Shown piece after piece: positions 63,531 to 64,000 of a stretch of DNA of 64,000 bases. Origin of the DNA: Laetmonice hystrix (taxonomy: Eukaryota); contig OZ249436.1 in the NCBI GenBank assembly GCA_965235115.1, forward strand, positions 40,736,001-40,800,000. The letters are read 5' to 3'. The notes beneath the pieces are model-generated. The model searched no databases and was not told where the DNA came from. It was given only the letters and a program-made list of their open reading frames with translations. How positions within the stretch are numbered: position 1 is the first letter of the stretch; each line of letters starts with the position of its first letter. Made by a program: the position numbers and the translations under genes.

Positions 63531-64000
63531 CCCATTGATTGGGATATCCGTGCATGCATGGGGTTGGGGGTGGGGGGGGGGGTGGGGGGTGGGGGGGGGG
63601 TACCGACCTGTTATATGGATCCCCTATAGATAAAAAAGTATGTAGGGGCCTATATATATTTCAGTGCATTGTCCCAGGTTTATCCACGTGAGGCCACTAT
63701 TTTAACGTTTAAATTCAACCCGTTAATACCCTTCAAGGAATTTCTATATCTGGATTAGTGAATCTATGAATATTTTAGACGAAACTGACAATGATTATAA
63801 CATGTTCATTGCTTCGCGCCATTTCTACATTCAGTTGACGTACGCGTTCCCTCATCGTAAAGTCACTGAGACCATAGAGAATACACTGTACATCTTTTAT
63901 TGAAGTAGGCTTTAACAGTCGGTTATTATGAGGCCAATTCACACGGCTCAAAATGCCGAATGCTGCAGCGACGCCATAAAATGAGCAATAAAAGCTCCTT

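Overview
Eukaryotic, repeat-rich genomic DNA, most likely from a marine invertebrate (inferred from repeat style; taxon not determined). It is not prokaryotic and contains no CRISPR array. Two intact coding exons are visible: a terminal exon of an NCOA4/ARA70-like gene (36-878, +) and the first coding exon (TM1-TM3) of a class A neuropeptide GPCR (39107-39621, +). From about 3 to 16 kb the 'intergenic' DNA appears to be a heavily decayed gene of alternating Ig-like and trypsin-like (S1A) modules, in two oppositely oriented blocks, and four minisatellites were amplified from its protease motifs. A 7.1-7.4 kb segment (10171-31944) is tandemly triplicated, and the middle copy looks like a recombinant of the outer two. 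The rest is a dense, nested set of non-autonomous DNA elements (5-bp TSD hAT-like, TTAA Kolobok-like, PIF/Harbinger-like, TA Tc1/mariner-like), THAP and Tc1 transposase remnants, a tRNA-derived SINE, and a ~2.5 kb palindromic array (55245-57748) of modules that combine a tRNA-like head with a 34-bp satellite. All homology calls were made by eye, without searches. No clearly functional novel system is demonstrated.
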